Position numbers and translations under genes: made by a program. The notes under the pieces were generated by a model. It saw nothing but the letters and a program-made list of their open reading frames with translations. It was not told the origin of the DNA and made no database searches. From Xanthobacteraceae bacterium (GTDB lineage: Bacteria > Pseudomonadota > Alphaproteobacteria > Rhizobiales > Xanthobacteraceae), in the NCBI GenBank assembly GCA_036267435.1, contig DATAWA010000259.1:7852-71851 (forward strand): 64,000 nucleotides of DNA. The letters are read 5' to 3'. Positions within the stretch are counted from its first letter, which is position 1; every line of letters starts with the position of its first letter. This document shows, one piece after another, positions 56,301 through 64,000 of this stretch.

Positions 56301-57370
56301 GGGCGCGCCGTCGCAGCCGGATTTGTTGCCGCCGGATTTGTCATCGCCGGAGCCGCCCGCATCGGCGCGTTCGCCGTCGGCGCGCCGGTTGCGGCAGCGG
56401 AAATCTTCGCCGCCGCATCGGCAAGGCTTGGCACCGGCGTGCCGGGCGCGGCGGCTCCCTCCCCGGCTGCGCTTTGATTGTTCAGGCCCCCCGCCGGCAC
56501 GGTGGCTGGCGGCGCGTCTTGCTGCAAGCCGGCCGCCGCGTCGCCATCGGCACTGGGTTTGGCCAGATCGACGACAAAGCCCGACTCATCGCGGAACGTG
56601 CGCACGTCAATTTTGGAGGCGAATATGAAACGGACCGCCGCGGTGTCGCCGTCGACCTCGCTATTGATTTCGGTAACGCCCGGCGCCAGCGCCGCCTGCG
56701 CATCGGCCAGATCGAATGGCAGCGGCTGGTCGAAATTGAGAACGAGCCGATCCTTGGTGCGGTTGGCCGACACCGCGGTCTGGTTCGTCACGTGAAAAAC
56801 ATAGCGCGTAAAGGTCGGCTGGCTGGCGACGTGGACGCGGATCGGCGTGAGCGTCTTGGCCGCCGACGCGATGCCCTGACGCTGCAGCACTTTTTCCGCT
56901 TCGCGGGCGCGCCGCACCAGTTCGTCGACCACGTCCTGCGGCAAGCTCGGCGGCAGACCGCTCCAGGACTTCGGCAGCAGATCGACAAAAAACTTCTCGT
57001 CGGCTGCGATGGTATGAACGGTGACGTCCTGCGACAGCGCCATCCGCACCGCCTGGCCGTCGGGATCGCGCCGCGCCGCGCCGATATAATCGGGCGCCTG
57101 TTCCGCGACCCTGCTCACCGAAACATCGAGCGGCTCCTTGAAGCGAATGATCAGGACATTGCCGGCTTGGCGCACCGATGCGTCGATATAATCCGCAGCG
57201 GTAAACGCCAGCCGGGCATAGCCGTCCTTGGTGGTGACGGTCAGCGTTGCCGATTGCGGCGCCGCGACCGCCGGCGCGGCAAGGACACCGGCCAACAGCA
57301 CGAGACCAACGGCTTTGCGGCAGAAGCGGCTGCGCAGGCCAGGATTCGGGATGGTGCGAGCGCACGCCAT
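53399..57370 (-). CDS. giant flagellar-cluster protein: signal peptide, two AMIN-like beta domains, ~300-aa Ala/Pro low-complexity region, C-terminal TPR array
   Basis: The 1323-aa ORF has coding-like composition outside the linker. The N-terminal segments LTVTTKDGYARLAFTAADY...IIRFKEPLD and IRVHVASQPTFTRYVFHV...LVLNFDQPLPFD look AMIN-like. The C-terminal 600 aa has TPR-like A/L/Y/R periodicity. Confidence 0.8.
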   Translation of the reverse strand: MACARTIPNPGLRSRFCRKAVGLVLLAGVLAAPAVAAPQSATLTVTTKDGYARLAFTAADYIDASVRQAGNVLIIRFKEPLDVSVSRVAEQAPDYIGAARRDPDGQAVRMALSQDVTVHTIAADEKFFVDLLPKSWSGLPPSLPQDVVDELVRRAREAEKVLQRQGIASAAKTLTPIRVHVASQPTFTRYVFHVTNQTAVSANRTKDRLVLNFDQPLPFDLADAQAALAPGVTEINSEVDGDTAAVRFIFASKIDVRTFRDESGFVVDLAKPSADGDAAAGLQQDAPPATVPAGGLNNQSAAGEGAAAPGTPVPSLADAAAKISAAATGAPTANAPMRAAPAMTNPAATNPAATARPAAAPPKLEEPPAAAAPPVQKPAPAPSAAAAMPAPAAAPAAPKQAAAPPLAMPPAAAPPAAASGPAPAAAPPPSNKQGSAAAPAAAVASGSSPAPPAAPPSTTNKAATATPAAAAANPPAQNPAVPSAAAKTTAAPGGNTAGGIAAELNEQDGDIKLSFPFDSALGAAVFQRADTLWIVFDAKAAIDLSALDGEPSHVIRSSQFSHSGGADVVRLKLDRPHLSSVAAEGSVWTVHIGDSIADPTRPLTINRELIGPDRANVSIPLSSPQQVHQIDDPAEGDSLFVVTALPPARGLIAEQDFVEFHALASTQGVAIVPLADDLTVKLAKDKIVVGRPPGLTLSTPTQKLLSGSSMRAAMFDSEAWGHDLAGPYFDGQDHLIAVAAAAPEPQRLLPRLELARFYIARGMYPEAKGVLDVAVAAQRNSGEIGSALVLRAIAEVMMGRPDDALKDLAEPGVGDQHDAPLWRALAYARQGQWTQARDTFKTMAAAMATLPVELQRVALKEDMRSAIEVGDFDGASNALNDFQTIGIPHAMEPSLAVLMGRLAEGLGRKEDALAAYRTAADSWDRPAAAQGQLRETVLRYQLGDLKRDDVISRLETLTTIWRGDETEIEALKVLAHLYTEEGRYRDAFYVMRSAMAARPDSALTHQIQDEAAHTFDQLFLTGMGDRLPAIDALSLFYDFRELVPIGSRGDEMIRRLADRLVSVDLLDQAASLLQYQVDHRLDGAARAEVATRLAVVYLMDRKPDRALAVLRASRTANLTNDMRDQRLLLEARALSDLGRHDVALEVIADVAGRPALRLRADILWAAKRYDESAEQLELLLGDRGKDFTPLNADEQADIMRAEVGYAIAQDQLGLGRFRDRYAAAMAATPDAHAFAVVSAPLGTSGDEFASVAHAAASADTLETFLRDTKAYYPNSPAAAPPAAAPSEGTPSASSSPLPPDMQAPAPSLPPLPPAQASGRTAMR

Positions 57371-57482
57371 GCAGAACTCGAACTCTACTCAAACAACTGA
57401 ATGCGGCCGGCCGGCCAAGCGCGTCTGCGGCCCAAGGCCTCGTCCCCGAAGCCGACCGCCTCGGCACTGTAGGTTGTTGTGC

Positions 57483-57497
57483 TTAATGGCCGCTTAA
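57483..57497. promoter_or_regulatory. CtrA-box-like site TTAA-N7-TTAA upstream of the giant TPR gene
   Basis: TTAAtggccgcTTAA is an exact core match. It lies 113-127 nt upstream of the ATG at 57370. Confidence 0.5.
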
Positions 57498-57622
57498 TTC
57501 AACGATTACAGTAGTTTAAGTAACAGCCCTTATGCCTTTGGCCGCTTTCGGGCCGTCAGCGCTAATTCGGCGGGAGCCTTCCGGCCAGCGCCGCTACGCG
57601 AGATCGTACTCAAGCCGGTTCC

Positions 57623-58564
57623 TTACTGCGTCGTCGGTTGGCCTTCGATCTTCGGCAGTGCAGCGGCGCCGGCGTTGCTCGTTTTGTTCTGCTGCTGCGC
57701 CTGCTCGGCAAGCTCTACCGTCAGGCGCTGTGCCACGTCGGATGACATTTGCGCGACGATGTCCGCCATCGTCCTCGGATTGATTTGCGCGGCCACTTCC
57801 AGAAGCACGTTCGGATCGAGCCCGTTGAAAATCTTCGCCGCGTCGCGCGGCTTCATGTTCTCGTACATGGTGACAAGGCCCTTGAGGTGAGCCTTTTCGG
57901 CGTCGTTTTTCTGGTCGGTCGCTTGCTTGATCTGCGCCTCGACCTCTTTGAGCTCCGCGATCTTGGCGTCCATGCGCTTTTCCGCGCTCTTGATCAGGTC
58001 TTCGCGGACGTCGAGCTCTTGCGCGCGGCTATCGAGCTCTTGGCGGCGTTGCTGCAGCCGCTCGAGAATGGCGCGCTCGGCGCCGGTCGGCAGCGAAACG
58101 CCGTCGGTTGGAATGATCATGCCGCCCGGCGACGCCTCCGCGCTGGCAGCCTTGCCGGGCGCGGACGGCGGCGCCGCGTTCGCCGCCGTCTTGGCGCCGG
58201 GCGCCGCGCCGACTTTGCCGCCCGCCGGATCGGCGGCGACCGAACCGGTGATGTCCAGATTATCGGCCTCGGTCACCGGCGGCGGCGCGATCGGTGCGAT
58301 CGATGCATCCGGCTGCGGCGGCGCACCGCGTCCGCTGGGAAAATTGAACATTTGCTGCGCCCAGGACAGCTTCGATCCGTCCGGCACGGCGCCGTCCAGA
58401 TTCGGGTGCGTCACCGACACATCGCCGTTGGCCGGCGATGCCGCGTTGGAGCCGAATAGCGCGGACCCGTGAAGCGCGATATCGGCGATTTTGAGCGTCA
58501 GCAAGCAAGCGCTCGCGATCAGCGCAATCGGAATGAGCCGCAGATCGCGAATAAAGCGGATCAT
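57623..58564 (-). CDS. motE: MotE-like (MgtE_N/FlbB-type) flagellar motility protein
   Basis: An N-terminal TM segment, a low-complexity region and a coiled coil are followed by LVTMYENMKPRDAAKIFNGLDPNVLLEVAAQINPRTMADIVAQMSSDVAQRLT. That last segment is an MgtE_N-like repeat typical of MotE. Confidence 0.65.
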   Translation of the reverse strand: MIRFIRDLRLIPIALIASACLLTLKIADIALHGSALFGSNAASPANGDVSVTHPNLDGAVPDGSKLSWAQQMFNFPSGRGAPPQPDASIAPIAPPPVTEADNLDITGSVAADPAGGKVGAAPGAKTAANAAPPSAPGKAASAEASPGGMIIPTDGVSLPTGAERAILERLQQRRQELDSRAQELDVREDLIKSAEKRMDAKIAELKEVEAQIKQATDQKNDAEKAHLKGLVTMYENMKPRDAAKIFNGLDPNVLLEVAAQINPRTMADIVAQMSSDVAQRLTVELAEQAQQQNKTSNAGAAALPKIEGQPTTQ

Positions 58565-59082
58565 GCCGCGAGACCGTGCACCTTGTTGCGTACGCGCTCG
58601 GCGAAGGCTTCCGCCGCGGCGGCAACGGCCTTGGCACCGACTTTGCCACCAACTTTGCCGTCACCACTGGTTTCGAAGCTGGCGTCGGACTTGATCTCAG
58701 GCTCGCTTTGGCCGCGCCGCGCTTCGTTCAAGGCAGCCACTCGCTGGTCGCTGCCGCGGCCGGCGGTCAGGATCTGCGACAGCCGTCCAAGCAGTTCCTT
58801 GCCCGCGGTGACGGCGCGGTCGATCTCGATCGTCACCCGTTCTGCTTTGCGCAGCCGCTCGCCGAGACCGGTGTCGCATTCGTGCACGGTGAGCTTGAGC
58901 CCGCCGATGGCCCGCTCGGCGATCTCGGTTGCGGTGACCAATTCGGAAATCGTCGCCCGCAGCGACTGCTCATCGGCTTTGAGCAGCTTCAGCCGGCGAT
59001 TGAGCATAATGCAATAACCGATCGTCACCATCAGCAGAATCGCCACCAGACCGTCGACGATGACTCCGATGCCGTTTGTCAT
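58561..59082 (-). CDS. DUF6468 / PflI-like flagellar positioning protein
   Basis: An N-terminal TM segment (VIVDGLVAILLMVTIGYCIML) is followed by a coiled coil. It overlaps the fliM stop by 4 nt, the position occupied by pflI in Caulobacter as I recall. Confidence 0.55.
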   Translation of the reverse strand: MTNGIGVIVDGLVAILLMVTIGYCIMLNRRLKLLKADEQSLRATISELVTATEIAERAIGGLKLTVHECDTGLGERLRKAERVTIEIDRAVTAGKELLGRLSQILTAGRGSDQRVAALNEARRGQSEPEIKSDASFETSGDGKVGGKVGAKAVAAAAEAFAERVRNKVHGLAA

Positions 59083-60293
59083 TGTGTCTCCATACGATTG
59101 CCGGAGCCCCCCGCCGCTTCGAACATGGCAAAGGTCATATTGGGTTTGCGCAACGGCTTGCCGACGCGCACCGCGACGCGGTCACCGACCCGGCCCATGC
59201 GGCCTTCCGTCAGCGTCACCTCGCCGCAACGCACGATCACCGGGGCGTCGGATTTAAGCTCCAACATCAGCGTGTCGCCAACGTCGAGTTTCATAATCTG
59301 CTTTAACGGCAGCCGGGCTTCGTAAAGCACTGCATCGACCGCGATTTCCGCCTGGCCGAGCTCGGTCGCAAGATGCCCTTCCCAGGTCGAGTCGCGGCCG
59401 AACTTCTCGCCCATGAACATCTGCAACAAGACGTCGCGGATCGGTTCGATGGTGGCGTAAGGCAGCAACAGCTCGATGGTGCCGCCGCGATCTTCCATGT
59501 CGATGCGCAGCCGCACCAGGATCGCGGCATTGGCCGGGCGCGAAATGGCCGCAAAGCGCGGATTGGTCTCAAGCCGATCGATGTTGAACTTGACCGGCGA
59601 CAGCGGCTTGAACGCGAGCTCGGCATCGGCCAGCACCACCTCGATCATGCGCTTGACCAGATTGGTCTCGATCGTGGTGTAAGGCCGGCCTTCGATGCGA
59701 ATCGCCGTTTGGCCGCGACGGCCGCCCAGGAGGACATCGATGATCGAATAGATCAGGCTGGAATTGACGGTGACGAGGCCGAAATTGTCCCACTCCTCCG
59801 CCTTGAACACGCCGAGGATCGCCGGCAGCGGGATGGAATTGAGGTAATCGCCGAACCGCACCGAGGTGATGCGATCGAGCGAGACTTCGACGTTGTCGGA
59901 GGTGAAATTGCGCAAGCTTGTCGTCATCAACCGGACCAGCCGGTCGAATATGATCTCCAGCATCGGCAAGCGCTCGTAGGAGACCATCGCCGAATCGATG
60001 ATCGCGCGGATGCCGGAATTGTCGTTGAGCGAGATGTCGGTGAGAGAAAAGCCGAGAAGCGAGTCGATTTCCTCTTGCGTGAGGACCCGCTCGGCGCCCC
60101 CTTTGGTGGTCTGAATGAAATGACCGTCGTCGACCATCGTCGCCCACTGCGACGCCATCGCCTCGGTGGCGGCTTGGCCTTCGGCGGGCTGCGCATCGGG
60201 CGCCGATGCGCCTTGCGTATTCTGCTCGGCGTCGAGCGCGACGCCCCATTCGGCGGCGAGCGCGTCGTTGTCGATCTGATCTTTCGCTGACAT
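59079..60293 (-). CDS. fliM: flagellar motor switch protein FliM
   Basis: LTQEEIDSLLGF is the N-terminal CheY-binding-like motif. A FliM middle domain and a C-terminal SpoA-like segment (LKQIMKLDVGDTLMLE) follow. Confidence 0.9.
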   Translation of the reverse strand: MSAKDQIDNDALAAEWGVALDAEQNTQGASAPDAQPAEGQAATEAMASQWATMVDDGHFIQTTKGGAERVLTQEEIDSLLGFSLTDISLNDNSGIRAIIDSAMVSYERLPMLEIIFDRLVRLMTTSLRNFTSDNVEVSLDRITSVRFGDYLNSIPLPAILGVFKAEEWDNFGLVTVNSSLIYSIIDVLLGGRRGQTAIRIEGRPYTTIETNLVKRMIEVVLADAELAFKPLSPVKFNIDRLETNPRFAAISRPANAAILVRLRIDMEDRGGTIELLLPYATIEPIRDVLLQMFMGEKFGRDSTWEGHLATELGQAEIAVDAVLYEARLPLKQIMKLDVGDTLMLELKSDAPVIVRCGEVTLTEGRMGRVGDRVAVRVGKPLRKPNMTFAMFEAAGGSGNRMETQ

Positions 60294-60318
60294 TTTTGCT
60301 AGTTCTTAGCTGGCGTCG

Positions 60319-60843
60319 TCACTGGATGACGATTTCCTTGAACAACACGGCATTGATCTTGTTCGGCGCAATGGCGGCGTCGACGCGGCGCGTCAGCTCC
60401 TCCTTCAGCCGGTAGAGCCCGGCCGAGCCATCGAGATCGGTCGGCCGCAATTCACGTAGATAGGTCTGAAAGGTGTCCATGATGCGCGGCATCACCGGCT
60501 GGATCTGCGCCGACATTTCCTGGTCTGGCAATTCCAGCACCACCTTGACCTTCAGATACTGGGTACGATCGCTGCCGCCGGTCGACGACAGATTGACCAG
60601 GACATCGGGCATATCGAGAAATACCGGCGGCTTGACCTTCTCGGCCGCCGCCACTTCTTGCTTCTTGTGACCGAACAGGAAGTAGTAGCAGCCGCCACCG
60701 ACGGCGCCGAGCGCCACCACACCGCCCACTGCGATCAGGATGAGCTTGAGCGAAAATTTGCGCTTAACTGGCGCCGCCTTGCCTTCTTCGCCTTCGGCTT
60801 CGGTATTTTGCTCTTCTGCTTGCTTGTCGTTGGTCGTTGCCAT
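60319..60843 (-). CDS. fliL: flagellar basal body-associated protein FliL
   Basis: It was trimmed to MATTND at 60843. A TM segment is followed by FLDMPDVLVNL...YLKVKVVLE...LKEELTRRV...VLFKEIVIQ, the FliL pattern. Confidence 0.85.
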   Translation of the reverse strand: MATTNDKQAEEQNTEAEGEEGKAAPVKRKFSLKLILIAVGGVVALGAVGGGCYYFLFGHKKQEVAAAEKVKPPVFLDMPDVLVNLSSTGGSDRTQYLKVKVVLELPDQEMSAQIQPVMPRIMDTFQTYLRELRPTDLDGSAGLYRLKEELTRRVDAAIAPNKINAVLFKEIVIQ

Positions 60844-61088
60844 CGCCGCTCCTGCTGGCGTGAGACGCACGCAGCCGGCTGGACCGAACGCAATACCAAT
60901 TTGCGGGCGCGAGTTGGCGCGGTCTACAGCGCCGTTTTTCAAGCTAGGGGCGAATGGTTAACGGATACTTGCTGCGGCCTGCCAGCCGGGAATTATTTGC
61001 CGAGCACCGCGGCCACTGCGGCCCTTTCTGCCCGCTCCGCGACGAGGTCCATCTCGGTTATGTTACTGTTTTTCATAACTTTTCCGTT

Positions 61089-61104
61089 TGGCACAGGTTC
61101 TGCA
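61089..61104 (+). promoter_or_regulatory. sigma-54 (-24/-12) promoter upstream of flgF
   Basis: TGGCACaggttcTGCA has GG and GC in the canonical spacing (TGGCAC-N5-TTGCA consensus, with one deviation, T to C). It lies 110 nt upstream of the flgF ATG. Confidence 0.6.
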
Positions 61105-61213
61105 ACTGATGCTGACGCAATCGCGCTCGCGAGCCGCTTGGGAGAGTGGCTTAAGCGCGCAGGTGGAGCGACCCGGTTGGTGGCCGCTGCACTGCATCAA
61201 GGGGAGAGTAGCG

Positions 61214-61987
61214 ATGGAGAACGCCCTTCTCGTCGGCCTGTCGCGGCAGATGGCGCTCACGCATGAGCTCGACGTGCTGGCCAACAACATCGCCAATGTC
61301 GACACCACCGGCTACAAGGCCGACAACACGCTGTTCGAGCAATATCTCATGCCGCGTGCCAGCGATTCGAGTTTTTCCGGAGAGGATCGCCGCGTTAGAT
61401 ATGTCGAGGATCGCGCAGATTGGACCGACATGAGCCAAGGCGCGATCCAGCGGACCGGTAATCCGCTCGACGTCGCCATCCAGGGCAGCGGTTATTTCGT
61501 GGTGCAGACGCCGAACGGGCAGCAGCGCTACACCCGCAACGGCGCGTTTTCCATAAGCGGCTCCGGCCAACTCGTCACCAGCGATGGCAGTCAAGTCATC
61601 GGCAGTTCCGGGCCGATCACGTTCCAGTCCACCGACCATGACGTCACCATCAGCGCGAGTGGCATCATCACGGTGCGGGAAGGCAACAGCACCGCAGATT
61701 CGGCGCGCGGCACTCTGCAGGTCGTCAATTTTGCGCAGCCGCAGCTTTTGCAGAAGGACGGCGGCTCGACCTTCGCGGCGCCGGCCGGAGCCACGCCCAA
61801 TCCGGCACCGCCCGACACTACCGTCGTGCAAGGCGCGATTGAGAAGTCCAACGTCAATGCGGTGGTCGCTATGGCGCGCCTGATCGAGATCACCCGAAGC
61901 TACACCGACATCGCCAATCTGTTGCAGGCGCAGAGCGATGAACGCCGCAGCGCGCTGACGCAGCTGTCGCAAACGCCAAGTTCGTAA
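61214..61987 (+). CDS. flgF: flagellar basal-body rod protein FlgF
   Basis: GGGGAG lies before the ATG at 61214. MENALLVGLSRQMALTHELDVLANNIANVDTTGYK is the rod N-motif, and the C-terminus is ...IEKSNVNAVVAMARLIEITRSY. Confidence 0.85.
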   Translation: MENALLVGLSRQMALTHELDVLANNIANVDTTGYKADNTLFEQYLMPRASDSSFSGEDRRVRYVEDRADWTDMSQGAIQRTGNPLDVAIQGSGYFVVQTPNGQQRYTRNGAFSISGSGQLVTSDGSQVIGSSGPITFQSTDHDVTISASGIITVREGNSTADSARGTLQVVNFAQPQLLQKDGGSTFAAPAGATPNPAPPDTTVVQGAIEKSNVNAVVAMARLIEITRSYTDIANLLQAQSDERRSALTQLSQTPSS

Positions 61988-62011
61988 CGGTAAGGTTGGG
62001 GAGACGGCAAG

Positions 62012-62800
62012 ATGCGTGCGCTCGATACTGCGGCAACCGGAATGGCGGCGATGGACCTGCAGGTCCAGGTCATCGCCGGCAACATCGCCAACATGACGAC
62101 TACCGGCTTCAAGAGCCAGCGTGCCGAATTTCAGGATCTTTTGTACGAGCACGTGCAGCGCATTGGCGCGCAGGCCTCCGAGCAAGGCAACATCCTGCCG
62201 GTCGGCATCGAACTCGGCTCCGGCGTGAAGACGGTCGGCACACCGCGGCTGATGACGCAGGGCTCGCTGGCGCAGACCGGCAATACGCTCGACGTCGCAA
62301 TTCAAGGCGACGGCTGGTTCAAGATTCAAATGCCTGACGGCACTTTCAGTTACAGCCGCGACGGTTCGTTCCAGCAGGACGCACAGGGGCGCATCGTCAC
62401 CGCGGAAGGCAATGTCGTCCAGCCGACCATTACCATCCCGCCAAACGCCAGCGGCCTGACCATCAACCAGCAGGGCCAGGTTTCGGTGACGTTGCCCGGC
62501 ACCACGACGTCGACCATCCTCGGCCAGCTCAATCTCACACGCTTCGCCAACAATGCCGGCCTGCAGGCCAACGGCGACAACCTGTTCACGGCAACGCCGG
62601 CTTCCGGCGCGCCGACCGATACGCTGCCCGGAACCGACGGCGCCGGCACGCTGCAGCAGGGCTACCTCGAACAGTCCAACGTCGAAGCAGTGAGCGAAGT
62701 ATCCAATCTGATCGCGGCGCAACGGGCCTACGAGATGAATTCCAAGGTCATCACCGCCGCCGATGAAATGCTGCAGACCACCTCGCAATTGATGAAATGA
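62012..62800 (+). CDS. flgG: flagellar basal-body rod protein FlgG
   Basis: MRALDTAATGMAAMDLQVQVIAGNIANMTTTGFK ... LEQSNVEAVSEVSNLIAAQRAYEMNSK are highly conserved FlgG termini. Confidence 0.9.
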   Translation: MRALDTAATGMAAMDLQVQVIAGNIANMTTTGFKSQRAEFQDLLYEHVQRIGAQASEQGNILPVGIELGSGVKTVGTPRLMTQGSLAQTGNTLDVAIQGDGWFKIQMPDGTFSYSRDGSFQQDAQGRIVTAEGNVVQPTITIPPNASGLTINQQGQVSVTLPGTTTSTILGQLNLTRFANNAGLQANGDNLFTATPASGAPTDTLPGTDGAGTLQQGYLEQSNVEAVSEVSNLIAAQRAYEMNSKVITAADEMLQTTSQLMK

Positions 62801-62814
62801 GAAGGCTCTAGACC

Positions 62815-63816
62815 ATGACCGCTCCAGCACCGATCCGGCTCTTGTTGGCGGGCGCGGCGCTCTTGCTTGCGCTCGGCGGCACTGCCGCCGCGCAGACGCC
62901 GGCGGCGCCGGCCCTGAAAGCCAGCGTGACGGTGACCGGCGACATCGTCACCATCGGCGACCTGGTCGAAAACGCCGGACCCGTCGCCGACGTGCCGATC
63001 TTCCGCGCGCCGGACCTCGGCACCACCGGCGCGGTGGGAACCGACCGCATTCTCGACGCCATCCGTCCGCACCAGCTCATCGGCATCGACACTCACGGGC
63101 TGGCGCAAGTCATCGTGACGCGCGCCAGCCGTTCGATCACCCCGCGTGAAATCTCAGACCGCGTCGCGCAAGCGCTGTCCGGCCAATACGGCTTCGGCAC
63201 GGCACCCGATATCCTGGTCAATTTCGACGGCGACGTGCGCGCCGTGCAGATCGAAGCCGATGTGACCGGCAAGTTGCAAGTGCTGGCGCTGTCTTATGAT
63301 CCGCATACCGCGCGGTTCGACATCACCTTGAACTTGCCCGACAGCACGCAACTGTTGCGGCAACCGATGCGTTACACCGGCACGGCGATCGAGACCGTCG
63401 ATACGCTTGCGGCCGATCGTCCGGTCGAGCGCGGCGAGCTTATTACGGCGTCCGATCTCACCACCGTGCGCCGGCCCCAAACACAGAGCGGCGCGGCGTT
63501 GACCGACGCCAAAGCGGTGATCGGGCTTGCCGCCCGCCATTCGTTACGGCCGGGTCAGCCACTCGCCGCCGCCGATTTGATGAAGCCCGAAATCGTGGCG
63601 CGCAACGACACCGTGACCATCGTCTATCAGGTGCCGGGAGTGACGCTGACGCTGCGCGGCGAGGCCAAGGATGCCGGCGCGCTCGGCGATACGATCAGCG
63701 TCATCAACGTCGAAACCAAACACGTCGTGCAAGCGGTCGTTTCCGGGCCGGACCGCGTCATGGTCGGGCCGATTTCGAGCCAACTGGTCGATAATAGCGG
63801 AGTGTTGTCGGAGTAA
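62815..63816 (+). CDS. flgA: flagellar P-ring assembly chaperone FlgA
   Basis: A signal peptide is followed by a C-terminal SAF-type segment (RHSLRPGQPLAAADLMKPEIVARNDTVTIVYQVPGVTLTLRGEAKDAGALGDTISVIN). It sits between flgG and flgH. Confidence 0.8.
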   Translation: MTAPAPIRLLLAGAALLLALGGTAAAQTPAAPALKASVTVTGDIVTIGDLVENAGPVADVPIFRAPDLGTTGAVGTDRILDAIRPHQLIGIDTHGLAQVIVTRASRSITPREISDRVAQALSGQYGFGTAPDILVNFDGDVRAVQIEADVTGKLQVLALSYDPHTARFDITLNLPDSTQLLRQPMRYTGTAIETVDTLAADRPVERGELITASDLTTVRRPQTQSGAALTDAKAVIGLAARHSLRPGQPLAAADLMKPEIVARNDTVTIVYQVPGVTLTLRGEAKDAGALGDTISVINVETKHVVQAVVSGPDRVMVGPISSQLVDNSGVLSE

Positions 63817-63850
63817 GTTGCGCGCGTAGGCCTGAGTGAGAGGTAGTTCG

Positions 63851-64000
63851 ATGTCGAAACGTGTTTTGCTGCTGCGTTGTGCACTGTTGTCGACGGTGGC
63901 GATGAGCGCCTCCGGCTGTGCCTCGCTCGACCGATTGAAGGACATCGGCAATCCGCCGCCGCTTTCACCGGTGTCTAACCCGACCACCGCGCCCGGTTAC
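63851..64000 (+). CDS. flgH: flagellar L-ring lipoprotein FlgH, N-terminal fragment running off the window
   Basis: MSKRVLLLRCALLSTVAMSASGCAS carries a lipobox (SGC), followed by LDRLKDIG. It follows flgA. Confidence 0.75.
   Translation, partial: MSKRVLLLRCALLSTVAMSASGCASLDRLKDIGNPPPLSPVSNPTTAPGY

Noticed and set aside
53426-57400. 868-aa and 442-aa plus-strand ORFs opposite the giant TPR gene
   Set aside because: Their translations are dominated by R/G/A/H runs (RRRRGRRR...). They are generated by the GC-rich Ala/Pro-coding repeats of the real minus-strand gene, and they have no start context.
60958-60972. TTAAcggatacTTGC upstream of fliL as a third CtrA box
   Set aside because: Only one TTAA half-site is intact. 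Such half-sites are too frequent to call without binding data.
61151-62830. 559-aa minus-strand ORF
   Set aside because: It lies antisense to flgF and flgG, whose translations carry unmistakable rod-protein termini. The minus-strand product is Arg/Gly-rich nonsense.

Overview
This is a 64 kb, high-G+C chromosomal segment with alphaproteobacterial (Rhizobiales/Hyphomicrobiales-like) gene content. I support about 70 protein-coding genes. I found no rRNA, tRNA, CRISPR array, transposase or integrase.

Gene content, left to right:
- 0-16.7 kb: mixed metabolism. This includes a DJ-1/GlxA pair, CreA, a haloperoxidase-type hydrolase, gentisate dioxygenase, an egtB-egtD ergothioneine pair followed by an ATP-grasp-like gene, a lytic transglycosylase and tartrate dehydrogenase.
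- 16.8-22.5 kb: a metal-uptake module (DUF2946, TonB-dependent receptor, ExbB, ExbD, TonB) behind an AT-rich, Zur-box-like palindrome.
- 22.7-33.5 kb: purC, an ldh-like gene, two DUF1127 mini-proteins, redox and sugar-type enzymes, and a Rap1a/Tai4-like orphan periplasmic protein.
- 33.7-42.1 kb: cckA, then flagellar export and rod genes (flgB-flgC-fliE-fliQ-fliR-flhB, divergent from fliO-fliP).
- 42.1-53.4 kb: an accessory stretch of about 11 kb lying between the two flagellar blocks. It holds a Wtp-type oxyanion ABC transporter, a PiT-like permease with an outer-membrane channel, an arsR-arsI-arsC-acr3 operon, a lower-G+C islet and an apparently non-coding, heavily structured region.
- 53.4-64 kb: more flagellar genes (a giant AMIN/TPR protein, motE-like, pflI-like, fliM, fliL, then flgF-flgG-flgA-flgH).

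Most interesting observations:
- A roughly 420-nt candidate structured RNA of unknown class at 52.7-53.1 kb, with its own promoter-like and terminator-like signals.
- Caulobacter-style regulatory signals in the flagellar intergenic regions: two perfect TTAA-N7-TTAA boxes and one sigma-54 promoter.
- A dual-palindrome, apparently leaderless arsR control region.
- The Zur-like box in front of the TonB module.
- Several families of REP-like hairpin repeats and two short tandem repeats.

All functional calls come from reading the supplied translations against remembered family signatures. No database search was run.
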